Below are positions 10,671-22,900 of a DNA stretch of 64,000 bases, in pieces; positions within the stretch are counted from its first letter, which is position 1; every line of letters starts with the position of its first letter. The notes under the pieces are model-generated. The model was not told where the DNA came from. It saw nothing but the letters and a program-made list of their open reading frames with translations, and did no database searches. The DNA is from Limisphaerales bacterium (GTDB lineage Bacteria > Verrucomicrobiota > Verrucomicrobiia > Limisphaerales > CAIMTB01): the NCBI GenBank assembly GCA_050250555.1, contig JBFWOK010000003.1, positions 2,475-66,474 of the forward strand, in the 5' to 3' direction. Position numbers and translations under genes: made by a program.

Positions 10671-12176
10671 ATGCCCAAGCGCACCGACATCCATTCCATT
10701 CTCATCATCGGCGCCGGCCCGATCATCATCGGGCAGGCCTGTGAATTCGACTATTCGGGAACCCAGGCCTGCAAGGCGCTCCGCGAGGAGGGATACCGGG
10801 TGATTCTGATCAACTCGAACCCGGCGACGATCATGACGGATCCGGAGTTCGCCGACCGCACCTACATCGAGCCGGTCACACCGGAGTGCGTGGAGAAGAT
10901 CATCGTTCGGGAAAAGGAGGAGATGGAGCGGCTGGGGGCGGGCGGAAAACTGGTCCTCCTTCCCACTCTCGGCGGGCAGACCGCGCTCAACACCGCCATG
11001 AAACTCCACCACAGCGGCGCGCTGGAGCGGCATGGCGTGGAGATGATCGGAGCGCGAGCCGAGGCGATCGAAAAGGGCGAGAACCGTCAGGTCTTCAAGG
11101 ACCTCATGCTGTCGATCGGGTTGGATGTTCCAATCAGCGGGACGGCCCACGACATGAGCGAGGCACGGAGCGTCGCCGAGAAGATCGGCCGGTTCCCTCT
11201 CATCATTCGGCCCGCTTACACCCTCGGAGGAACGGGCGGGGGCATCGCCTACAATCGCGACGAGTTCGAGGAGATTGCCAAACGCGGAATGGACCTGTCG
11301 CCGGTGTCCGAGATCCTGGTCGAGGAATCGCTCCTCGGCTGGAAGGAATACGAGATGGAGGTGATGCGCGACCACGCCGACAACTGCGTGATCATCTGTT
11401 CCATCGAGAACTTCGATCCGATGGGGGTGCACACCGGGGATTCCATCACGGTCGCCCCGATCCAGACGCTCACGGACAAGGAGTTTCAGATCATGCGCGA
11501 CCAAAGTTTCGCGGTGATCCGGGCTGTGGGGGTGGCGACGGGCGGATCCAATATCCAGTTCGGCGTCAGTCCGGAGACCGGGCGGATGGTCGTGATCGAG
11601 ATGAACCCGCGGGTCTCCCGCAGCTCGGCGCTCGCATCGAAGGCGACCGGGTTTCCCATCGCCAAGATCGCCGCCAAGCTGGCGGTCGGCTATCTCCTGG
11701 ACGAAATCCGAAACGACATCACCCGGGAGACTCCGGCGAGCTTCGAGCCCACCATCGACTACGTCGTCACCAAGATTCCCCGGTTTGCCTTCGAGAAATT
11801 CCCCCAGGCGGACCCCACGCTGACCACCCAGATGAAAAGCGTCGGCGAAGCCATGGCCATTGGCCGGACCTTCAAGGAATCGCTTCAGAAATGCCTGCGC
11901 TCGCTCGAGATCGGACGCAGCGGCCTGGGCGGCGACGGCAAGCCCTGGCGAATCGGCACCGAGGTCTACGGCGATCGCGACATTCTCCCTCGGGACGTCA
12001 TTCGCGGGAAACTCAGCGTCCCCAATTCCGAACGGATCTTCTTCATCCGGCACGCCCTGCGGGCGGGATTCACCCTCGAGGAGATACATCAACTGACCCG
12101 GATCGATCGCTGGTTCCTCACCCAGATCGAGGAGATCGTCGATTTCGAGGAGGAACTCGCGGCGTCGGCCCAGTAG
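10671..12176 (+). CDS. carB: Carbamoyl-phosphate synthase large subunit, N-terminal half only (501 aa)
   Basis: [71 protein letters not shown]; TAG stop inside the oligomerisation domain with no second ATP-grasp domain downstream. Confidence 0.9.
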   Translation: MPKRTDIHSILIIGAGPIIIGQACEFDYSGTQACKALREEGYRVILINSNPATIMTDPEFADRTYIEPVTPECVEKIIVREKEEMERLGAGGKLVLLPTLGGQTALNTAMKLHHSGALERHGVEMIGARAEAIEKGENRQVFKDLMLSIGLDVPISGTAHDMSEARSVAEKIGRFPLIIRPAYTLGGTGGGIAYNRDEFEEIAKRGMDLSPVSEILVEESLLGWKEYEMEVMRDHADNCVIICSIENFDPMGVHTGDSITVAPIQTLTDKEFQIMRDQSFAVIRAVGVATGGSNIQFGVSPETGRMVVIEMNPRVSRSSALASKATGFPIAKIAAKLAVGYLLDEIRNDITRETPASFEPTIDYVVTKIPRFAFEKFPQADPTLTTQMKSVGEAMAIGRTFKESLQKCLRSLEIGRSGLGGDGKPWRIGTEVYGDRDILPRDVIRGKLSVPNSERIFFIRHALRAGFTLEEIHQLTRIDRWFLTQIEEIVDFEEELAASAQ

Positions 12177-12286
12177 ATTCCGGCAACCCGCACCTCCTTC
12201 ACCGACGTCGCGTCGACCCGCCGAACTCGGTCGGAACTTTCGGATTCGACGTCCCTGCCCTCCCCCGTCCCGAATCCCCCACGGCC

Positions 12287-13546
12287 GTGCTTGATTCCGT
12301 TCGAAGAAAGGGTGTTCCCGCGGGGACGGGGATCGGTAGGATTCTGCTGATCTTCATCGCGTTCATTTCCCTGGGGCTCCCCGACGGTCTGTTGGGCGTC
12401 GCGTGGCCTTCGGTCCGGGACGGATTCGCCCGTCCGCTCGATTCGCTGGGGCCCCTGCTCCTCGCCGTGACCGCCGGATACCTGTCTTCGAGCTTTCTCA
12501 GTGGTTACATCATCGCGCGGGCCGGGGTCGGGCGCCTGCTCGCCGCCAGTTGCGCGCTCACCGGTTTGAGCCTGCTGGGCTACACGTGGGCGGGCCACTG
12601 GTGGATCGTGCTCGGCATGGGTGTGCTCACCGGGGTCGGCGCCGGCGCCATTGATGGCGGGATCAACACCTACGTCGCCTCGCACTACGGAGAGCGCCTG
12701 ATGCACTGGCTCCACGCCAGTTGGGGCGTCGGGATCACGCTGGGACCGCTCCTCATGACCTTCGGGATCGAACGTTTCGAATCGTGGCGATGGGGCTACT
12801 GGATCGTCGGGGCGGCCCAAATCGCGCTGGGGGCTTTCTTCGCCTTCACCCATCCCCAGTGGGAGGACCCCGTCGAACCGGAGCGGGCGGAACACACCAA
12901 GCGCCTGACGGATTTCCGGACGCCCTATGGCGAGACGTTGCGCCAACCCCGGGTGTGGCTCAGTGGGTTTCTTTTCCTGCTGTTTTCCGGGGCTGAGGCG
13001 ACCGCCGGAATGTGGATCTTCACGTTGCTCACCGAATCCCGGGGAGTCCCCACGGCCTGGGCCGGGATGATCACCGGCGGGTACTGGGCGACGTTCACGC
13101 TCGGGCGGATTCTCGCGGGGCTCTTCACCGCGAGCCTTGCGGGTCGCGGCCTGATTCTCTCGTGCCTGGTGGGATCGTTCGTGGGCGCGTGTCTCCTCGC
13201 CTGGAATCCGACGCTGGGAGTCAGCCTGCTGGGCATGGTGCTGGTGGGCTTCTGCATGGCTCCCGTGTTCCCGGGGCTCGTGTCGGGAACCGGCGGTCGC
13301 GTGGGTCGACGGCACGCGGCGACGGCGATCGGCATGCAAATCGGCGCGGCGGGACTTGGAGCCGCGGTGCTCCCCGGCCTGGCCGGTGTCCTGGCGCGCC
13401 GGACCTCCATCGAGAGCATTCCGGCGTTCCTGATGGGACTTCTTGTGGCGACCCTCGTCCTGAGCGCGCTGGCTTCCAGGTTGCGCGCCGGAGAGGAACA
13501 GAGCCTTCACGGCGTCACAGTGGAACCCGAGGGGAAGACGGGGTAA
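12287..13546 (+). CDS. MFS transporter
   Basis: About 12 TM segments; AFISLGLPDGLLGVAWP, GAGAIDGGINTYVA, HWLHASWGVG. GTG start inferred. Confidence 0.88.
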   Translation: MLDSVRRKGVPAGTGIGRILLIFIAFISLGLPDGLLGVAWPSVRDGFARPLDSLGPLLLAVTAGYLSSSFLSGYIIARAGVGRLLAASCALTGLSLLGYTWAGHWWIVLGMGVLTGVGAGAIDGGINTYVASHYGERLMHWLHASWGVGITLGPLLMTFGIERFESWRWGYWIVGAAQIALGAFFAFTHPQWEDPVEPERAEHTKRLTDFRTPYGETLRQPRVWLSGFLFLLFSGAEATAGMWIFTLLTESRGVPTAWAGMITGGYWATFTLGRILAGLFTASLAGRGLILSCLVGSFVGACLLAWNPTLGVSLLGMVLVGFCMAPVFPGLVSGTGGRVGRRHAATAIGMQIGAAGLGAAVLPGLAGVLARRTSIESIPAFLMGLLVATLVLSALASRLRAGEEQSLHGVTVEPEGKTG

Positions 13547-13620
13547 GCCCTCGGTGGCTGGGTTGGAACTTCGCCGGGTAGACCCCCTGAATCGGGGCTC
13601 ATCTCCATCTATTGGGTAGC

Positions 13621-13758
13621 ATCAACGAGTTGCGACTCGCGCGTTGGATCCATGAACCCGAGAGGCATCACACGGAGGCGCGGAGGCACGGAGGGGGACG
13701 GAATCCGACTTCGGATCTCCGTGTCTCAGTGCCTCCGTGAGAGAATCCCGGTTCATGG
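13621..13758 (+). repeat. 109-bp MITE/REP-like element, copy A (core 13650-13758) with 29-bp left flank
   Basis: Terminal inverted repeat CCATGAACC/GGTTCATGG; inner arms CACGGAGGCGCGGAGGCACGGAG / CTCCGTGTCTCAGTGCCTCCGTG; close copies at 24860-24968 (inverted) and 38056-38164. Confidence 0.9.
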
Positions 13759-13769
13759 GTCCCGCACGG

Positions 13770-13877
13770 TCGGGATCGGGGTCGGTATCGGTATCGTTTT
13801 GGGGCGACGCTTCGTTCTCGGTTGAGCACCCGAGTCTCCGATTCGATTCCGATACCGATACCGATACCGACCTCGAC
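13770..13877. repeat. Hexamer tandem-repeat hairpin (TCGGNN)n ... (CCGATA)n
   Basis: Left arm TCGGGATCGGGGTCGGTATCGGTATCG and right arm CGATTCCGATACCGATACCGATACCGACC are roughly complementary. Confidence 0.7.
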
Positions 13878-13962
13878 GGCGCGCATCGCGGGCAGGCGTT
13901 CATCGCGAGAGCGCCGGGAAGCCGGAGATGCGCCCATTGAATCGCCGGGGACACCTGCCCGC

Positions 13963-13992
13963 TTGCCGCGCGGATCACACCGCCGTTAGAGT
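13963..13992 (+). promoter_or_regulatory. Putative sigma70 promoter of tRNA-Val
   Basis: TTGCCG-N18-TAGAGT about 55 bp upstream of the tRNA. Confidence 0.4.
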
Positions 13993-14045
13993 CTCGTCTC
14001 ATCCGGCCGACGTTCCGGAAGTGGGAATGGGAAAGGGTTGGGTTC

Positions 14046-14121
14046 GGGCGATTGGCGCAGCGGCTAGCGCAGCTCCTTTACACGGAGACGGTCGGGGGTT
14101 CGAATCCCTCATCGCCCACCA
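14046..14121 (+). tRNA. tRNA-Val (anticodon TAC), CCA encoded
   Basis: 76-nt cloverleaf: acceptor GGGCGAT/ATCGCCC, D stem GCGC/GCGC, anticodon loop TTTACAC, T loop GGTTCGAATCC, discriminator A plus CCA. Confidence 0.96.
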
Positions 14122-14192
14122 GCCTTGAGTCGAGGTGAATTGCCGGTGAGGAGCGCGAGGAAGAAGTACGTATCGGCAAACACGGGCGGCAT
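14109..14192 (-). pseudogene. Truncated PIN-domain (VapC-like) toxin, N-terminal 27 codons
   Basis: ATG 14192 reads MPPVFADTYFFLALLTGNS... (PIN-type start VFADT); begins 3 bp after the antitoxin stop and terminates within the antisense of the tRNA 3' end. Confidence 0.65.
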
Positions 14193-14195
14193 GGC

Positions 14196-14432
14196 CTAGC
14201 CCCGTGCGGGACCACCATGAAGATAGTGGTCGTGGTTGGCCGCCCAATCGACCGGAGCTTCTTTCACGAGGCCCGCGACCCGCAGGAGGCGGCGTCCCAT
14301 TTTCTCGATGGCGACTGATTCGGCCTTCGGTTCGTCGGGAAGCTCCACCCGCACAGTGGTCCCGGGGGCAAGTTCCACACCCGGGGGCAACGCGATCTTT
14401 CCATCCGCAGTCACTGTTCCGATCACGCCCAT
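14196..14432 (-). CDS. Small antitoxin-like protein (AbrB/DUF104-like)
   Basis: 78 aa; N-terminal GTVTADGKIALPPGVELAPGTTVRVE and C-terminal DWAANHDHYLHG resemble antitoxins found upstream of PIN toxins. Confidence 0.7.
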   Translation of the reverse strand: MGVIGTVTADGKIALPPGVELAPGTTVRVELPDEPKAESVAIEKMGRRLLRVAGLVKEAPVDWAANHDHYLHGGPARG

Positions 14433-14616
14433 GACCGGACCCTAGGGGAAGGCGGCGCCTTCGACAAGGACCTGCAAAAAACCCGTGTCGGGAAACAAGG
14501 AAAGCTGCCAGATCTGGCCGGGGACTGCATGCGGATCCCCCACCGTCTGCACGACGCTCCATGCGATGTACTTACTGGGCAGAATGCCGATATCGGCAGC
14601 CTCGGCAACCCCCGGC

Positions 14617-17493
<2,877 letters not shown>

Positions 17494-17727
17494 GGCCGAA
17501 AATTCACTTGTCCGACGACACACGCTTCCACGGTTTCCACGGTTCGCACGGTGGGGACCAAGGCATGACCCGCACGCCAGGCGACCCACCGGCCCGACAC
17601 TATGCGAGGTCTTCCGGTCATTTTCACCTCCAACCTTTCGTTTGCCGAGTTCCTGGGGAAGAATAGCGCCGTTCCCGCCGGGCCGGGCCGGGCCATCCCC
17701 GCCGACCCGAACGCCAAAATCCAATCC

Positions 17728-18606
17728 GTGCCAACCCAGTCCCAGTCCCACTCCTCGCCGCAGCCGCCGGTCATCGACATCGACGTCGAGACCGAGGATT
17801 TCACGGGAACCGCTCTGTCCGAGGATGATCTCGCGGATCTCCGCCGGGCGCGACGACTGCTCACAAGTCCCGGGGTCGCTGTCCGCTTCGCCAACCTCGT
17901 GGGAATGCCGATCGAACAGGGGATCCGGCAACTGCCCGACGGAGCAACCCGGATCATCCAGCGGGCGACGCAAACCGCTCTGAAACGGGCACTTCAGGTA
18001 GCCCTGGTCTCCCTGGATCCCTTGGAACCCCTTCGACGGGAGAACCGCTTTCACAAGGTGCTCGCTGGGGCTTCCGGAGCTCTGGGAGGGGCGTTTGGCT
18101 TCGCGGCGCTCCCGGTCGAACTCCCGGTGTCGACCACGCTGATCCTCCGGTCGATCGCCCAGATCGCCTCCAGCGAGGGCCACGATCTTCGCTCGCTCGA
18201 GACCCGCCTCGATTGCCTTGAAGTGTTCGCCCTCAGCGGCGACAGGGGTTCGGATGACGCCAGCGAAACCTCCTATTGGATCATCCGGACAGCGCTGTCC
18301 AAGGTGGTGACCGAAGCCGTGGGGGTGCTCGCCGGGCGTTCGGTCGCGCTCGAATCCGCGCCCACGGCTGTCCGTCTCGTCGCCGCCGTCGCCGCGCGAT
18401 TCGGCGTGGTGGTTTCGCAACAGGCTGCCGCCAAGGCCGTGCCCATCCTCGGCGCCGCGACGGGGGCCGCGATCAATGTCGTCTTCATGGATCACTTCCA
18501 AAAAATGGCCCAGGGCCACTTCATCGTCCGCCGGCTCGAGAAACGCTACGGAATCGGGTCCGTTCGCCGAGCCTACGAGTCTCTCGCCACCACCCGGGTC
18601 GCCTGA
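17728..18606 (+). CDS. EcsC-family protein
   Basis: GALGGAFGFAALPVELPVSTTLILRSIAQIA and KAVPILGAATGAAINVVFMDHFQ...GHFIVRRLE; GTG start inferred. Confidence 0.8.
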   Translation: MPTQSQSHSSPQPPVIDIDVETEDFTGTALSEDDLADLRRARRLLTSPGVAVRFANLVGMPIEQGIRQLPDGATRIIQRATQTALKRALQVALVSLDPLEPLRRENRFHKVLAGASGALGGAFGFAALPVELPVSTTLILRSIAQIASSEGHDLRSLETRLDCLEVFALSGDRGSDDASETSYWIIRTALSKVVTEAVGVLAGRSVALESAPTAVRLVAAVAARFGVVVSQQAAAKAVPILGAATGAAINVVFMDHFQKMAQGHFIVRRLEKRYGIGSVRRAYESLATTRVA

Positions 18607-19901
18607 TGTCCGCATCCCCCCCTGCCCAGTCCGGCCGTTCCGGAGCCGGTTCGGCCCCCGCCCGACGTCCCATCCAAGGACTCACCCGGGACGAACTCGC
18701 CTCGTTCCTGAAAGACGCCGCGGAACCCGCCTTCCGCCTCGACCAAGTCCTTTCATGGGTCCATGCGCGCCGGGCCGATCGGTGGGACGAGATGTCCAAC
18801 CTGCCGAAGACCCTTCGTTCGCGGCTGGCCGAAGCCTTTGATTGCGCGCTCCCGGAGCTCGTCCGCCACCAGGGAAGCGTCGACACCACCCAGAAGTTCC
18901 TCTGGCGCCTGCGCGACGGCGCCTTGATCGAGAGCGTTCTGATCCCCGCCAATCCCGCGCTCTTCAGCGATCGCTCCGACCGCCACACGCTGTGTGTCTC
19001 GACCCAGGTGGGTTGCGCGTACGGGTGCCGCTTCTGCGCCAGCGGTCTGGACGGCTGGAAACGCAACCTCACCGCCGACGAGATCATTGGACAGGTTCAC
19101 GCGGTCGAACGCTGGCACCTCCGCCGCGGAGCCTCGGGCCCGCCAGAGACGGCAACGGCATCGGCATCGGCAACGGAGTCAGAGTCGGTGTCGCCCGTCC
19201 CGGACCCGCTCCCCTCCCGGCCACGAACGGCCCCGCCGTCGGCGCGCCTGATCGACAACCTCGTGATCATGGGGATGGGTGAACCCCTCGCGAACTACGA
19301 CAACCTCCTTCGGGCGCTCCGAATCCTCAACGCGCCATGGGGCGGCGGGATCGGCGCCCGCAAGATCACGGTGTCGACCAGCGGTCTGGTTCCGCAGATC
19401 CGGCGCCTCGCCGAGGAACCCGAGCAGTTTCGCCTCGCCATATCGCTCCACGGCGCCACCGACGCCGTTCGAAACCGGATCATGCCCGTCAACCGAAAGC
19501 ACCCCCTCGCGGACCTCGCCGCGGCCTGCTCCCATTACCTCGAAAGGAAAGGGCGGATGATCACCTTCGAATACATCCTGCTGGCGGGCGTCAACGACGC
19601 CTTCGATCAGGTCCAGCCACTGGCCGCGCTCGCCCGGCGCCTGCACGCCAAGGTCAATCTGATCCCTTACAACGCCGTCGAAGGACTTCCCTGGAAACGC
19701 CCCGACGACGCCCAGTGCGCCGCCTTCGCGAAGCACCTCGAACGCCTCGACGTCACGACAACGCTCCGGATCGAAAAAGGCCACGACATCGACGCCGCCT
19801 GCGGTCAGTTGCGCCTGAAAACCGAACGGGAGGAACGGCGGGAACCCGCGGCAAGTTCGTCGGTCCCCTCCCCCGCCGATCCAGCTGTTCAGGCAGAATG
19901 A
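18606..19901 (+). CDS. rlmN: 23S rRNA (A2503-C2)/tRNA methyltransferase RlmN (radical SAM)
   Basis: CVSTQVGCAYGCRFC (CxxxCxxC), MGMGEP, STSG, ISLH, VNLIPYN, DIDAACGQL; TGATG overlap with the upstream gene. Confidence 0.95.
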   Translation: MSASPPAQSGRSGAGSAPARRPIQGLTRDELASFLKDAAEPAFRLDQVLSWVHARRADRWDEMSNLPKTLRSRLAEAFDCALPELVRHQGSVDTTQKFLWRLRDGALIESVLIPANPALFSDRSDRHTLCVSTQVGCAYGCRFCASGLDGWKRNLTADEIIGQVHAVERWHLRRGASGPPETATASASATESESVSPVPDPLPSRPRTAPPSARLIDNLVIMGMGEPLANYDNLLRALRILNAPWGGGIGARKITVSTSGLVPQIRRLAEEPEQFRLAISLHGATDAVRNRIMPVNRKHPLADLAAACSHYLERKGRMITFEYILLAGVNDAFDQVQPLAALARRLHAKVNLIPYNAVEGLPWKRPDDAQCAAFAKHLERLDVTTTLRIEKGHDIDAACGQLRLKTEREERREPAASSSVPSPADPAVQAE

Positions 19902-22900
19902 AGCGCCGTCCATCGACCGCTCGTTGGTTCCGTGGTACCTCACGGAGCATGTCGTGGTGCGTCCGTTTGTGTGGTCCGTTCGAATTTCTCCGAGGGCTCT
20001 TCGTCGTCCTGATCCTCGCTCTGGTCGCCAGCCCTTCCTCGGGCGGCGGCGACCTCGTCCTGTCCGAATTCCTCGCCTCCAACGGGGGATCGCTCCTCGA
20101 CGAGGACGGGGATCCGTCGGACTGGATCGAGCTTCACAACACGTCCGCGCTGCCCGTCTCGACCAAGGGCTGGTCCCTCACGGACGATCCCACGCGCGAG
20201 TCCCGGTGGGTTCTTCCCGATCGCACGATCGAGCCCGGCGGATTCCTGCTCGTGTTCGCGTCCGGGAAGAACCGTTCGCCCGCGGACCCGGGACGTCCGC
20301 ACACCGATTTCCGCCTGAACGCCTCGGGTGAGTACCTCGCGCTGATCGAGCCCGACGGTTCAACGGTCGCGAGCGAGTTCGAGCCCGCCTTCCCGCCCCA
20401 GGACGCGGACATCTCCTATGGCATTCCTTCCACGCCGGGACACGCCAGCCTGCTGGGGGACACCACGGTTTCCGTTCTGGTTCCGTCGTCCGCGGCGGAT
20501 CTTCCCGGCGACTGGACTACCGGCGGGACGTCGACCTCCCGGGCATGGACGTCGACCCGCGGATTTCCGCTGGGCTTCGACTTCACGCCGGCCAATCCGG
20601 GAGGATCCACCAATCTCGCCTTGGCCGGGACCGCGACCCAGTCGACGACCGGCTACAACCTCGGCGCGGGAAACGCCAATGACGGCGACCTCAACACGTT
20701 CTCGCACACCGCCACCCAGGATGATGGCTCGACGTGGAGGCTCGACCTCGGCGCGGTCTACGAGATCCGCAGGGTGGTGCTCCACAACAGGGCGGAGTGC
20801 TGCCAGACGCGGTTGCGCGACATCACTGTGTCCCTTCTCGCCGCGGACGGCCGGACCGTCCTGTGGACCTCCGACCTCCTGAATCCCGAGAACGCGCTCA
20901 ACAGCCCCGCGTCGATCACCCTGGACCTCCTCGATCTCGACGTTGAACCGGTCCCCGCCCGTTTCGTCCAGGTCACCCGCGCGCCCGACCACGACCTGTC
21001 GGGATCCGGTGGAGCAGGCAACGCGGACGAGGACAGCGTCCTCTCCCTGGGCGAAGTCGAGGTTTTCGGCGTGGACTCCCTCTCCTACGCCCCGCTGTTG
21101 CGAACGGATCTGACGGAAACGGTTCACGGAAAGAGCGGTTCCGTCTTCGCTCGAATCCCGTTCGTTCTGGCGGATCCGATAGCCGCTTCGGCGGTCAACC
21201 TTCGGTTGCGCTACGACGACGGCGTCGTGGTGTACCTGAACGGTCAGGAGATCGTTTCCAGAAATGCGGTCGGCCGAGCATGGGACTCCATCGCCGCCGG
21301 GGAGCGGAGCAAGGCGGAGGGCTTGGTCTCGGAAGGGATCGATCTCATGCCGATGAGCCACGTCCTGCGGCAAGGAACCAACTGGCTGGCGTTTCATCTG
21401 CTCAATGCCGCCGCCGCCGACCCGGATCTCCTCCTCGACGCGGATCTCGTTGGCGAGGCGCAAGGCCCGGTTTTCTCCGCCTACCTCGAACGGCCGACTC
21501 CCGGGGCTTCGAACAATGTCCCGTGGTTCCTGGGCCGCGTCGCGGACACCGATTTCGGTGTCAGCCGGGGATTCGTGGAGGCGCCCTTCGATCTCACGAT
21601 CACTTCGGCGACGCCCGGTGCGGAGATCCGCTACACCCTCGACGGAAGCCTCCCGACCGAGCTGCACGGTTCGATCTATTCCGGTCCGCTCCGGATCGAA
21701 CGGACGACGGTTGTCCGCGCGGCCGCGTTCAAGCGGGACTTCCGCCCGACGAACGTGGACACGCACACCTACGTCCTGCTCGATTCCACCATCGCGCAGG
21801 CCGCGAATCCTCCCGGGTTTCCCACGACCTGGGCGGGGCTGGCCCCGGACTACGCGATGGACACACGGATCACGCGGTCCGCGGCTTATGCGTCCCGAAT
21901 GCAGGAGTCGCTCAGGTCGCTGCCGACCCTTTCGATGGTTACGGACGTCGACAATCTCTTCGGTCCCAGCCGGGGGATCTACGCGAATCCCGAACGGAGC
22001 GGACTCTCGTGGGAACGTCCGGTCTCGATGGAGTGGATCGAGCCGGAGGGTTCCCGGGTCTTCCAGGTGGATGCCGGCCTGCGAATCCAGGGCGGGTATT
22101 TCCGAAGCCGAAACGCGACCCACAAACATTCCCTCCGCCTTCTCTTCAAGGACGAGTACGGGCCCGGCCGACTCCGCGGCGACCTTTTCGACGTCTTCGG
22201 CGCGACCCGCGAATTCGACACGCTGGTGCTTCGTGCGGGCGCCAATGACGGATACGCCTGGGATGCGGCCCGGGATACGGAGCAGTTCCTGAGGGACGAA
22301 TTCGGACGCCGCCTTCATCTCGCGATGGGCCAGGTTTCGCCGCATGGCCGGTTCGTTCACGTCTACCTGAACGGCCTTTACTGGGGCCTCTACAACCTCA
22401 CCGAACGCCCGGCCGAGGACTTCTCCGCCAGCTACTTCGGGGGCGCGCCCGAGCAATGGGACGCCGTCAATTCGGGCGAGGTGAAGAATGGAAGCCTCAC
22501 CGACTGGAACGCCTTCATCGCGCGCGTTCGGACGACGGCCAATCTATCGGACTACCAGCGTCTCAAGGGACTGTCTCCGGACGGATCACCGCATCCCACC
22601 GCCCCGGCCTACCTGGATGCCATCAACTACATCGACTACATGCTGCTCAACATCTGGGGCGGCAATTGGGACTGGCCGAACAAGAACTTCTGGTTCGGAC
22701 GCGACCGCACGGGCGCTTCCGGAGGCTTCAAGTTTTACCTTTGGGACTTCGAGAACACGATGGGCAACAACCGCGCCCGGTCGCCGCTCGAAATGGTCTC
22801 GCCCCGCTCCGGGATCACGGGTTCCTGGGTCGCCGAGCCGCACGAACGGCTGCGGCAACTCGAAGAGTACCGCCTGGAGTTCGCCGACCGCGTTCACCGC

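Noticed and set aside
10886-12286. Apparent 886-aa ORF joining a long N-terminal region to the MFS transporter, or a carB-MFS frameshift fusion
   Set aside because: The upstream part is an off-frame Arg/Gly-rich reading of carB; the MFS domain plausibly starts at GTG 12287 and no slippery site is evident.
13622-14002. Small ORFs containing MNRDSLTEALRH... (also 24439-24996 and 37863-38162)
   Set aside because: These are translations of the 109-bp DNA repeat; the inverted-repeat structure explains the similarity and there is no independent coding evidence.
17494-18615. Extra 374 N-terminal residues on SucA in the ORF track
   Set aside because: Overlaps the EcsC-family gene on the opposite strand; SucA similarity starts near 17493.
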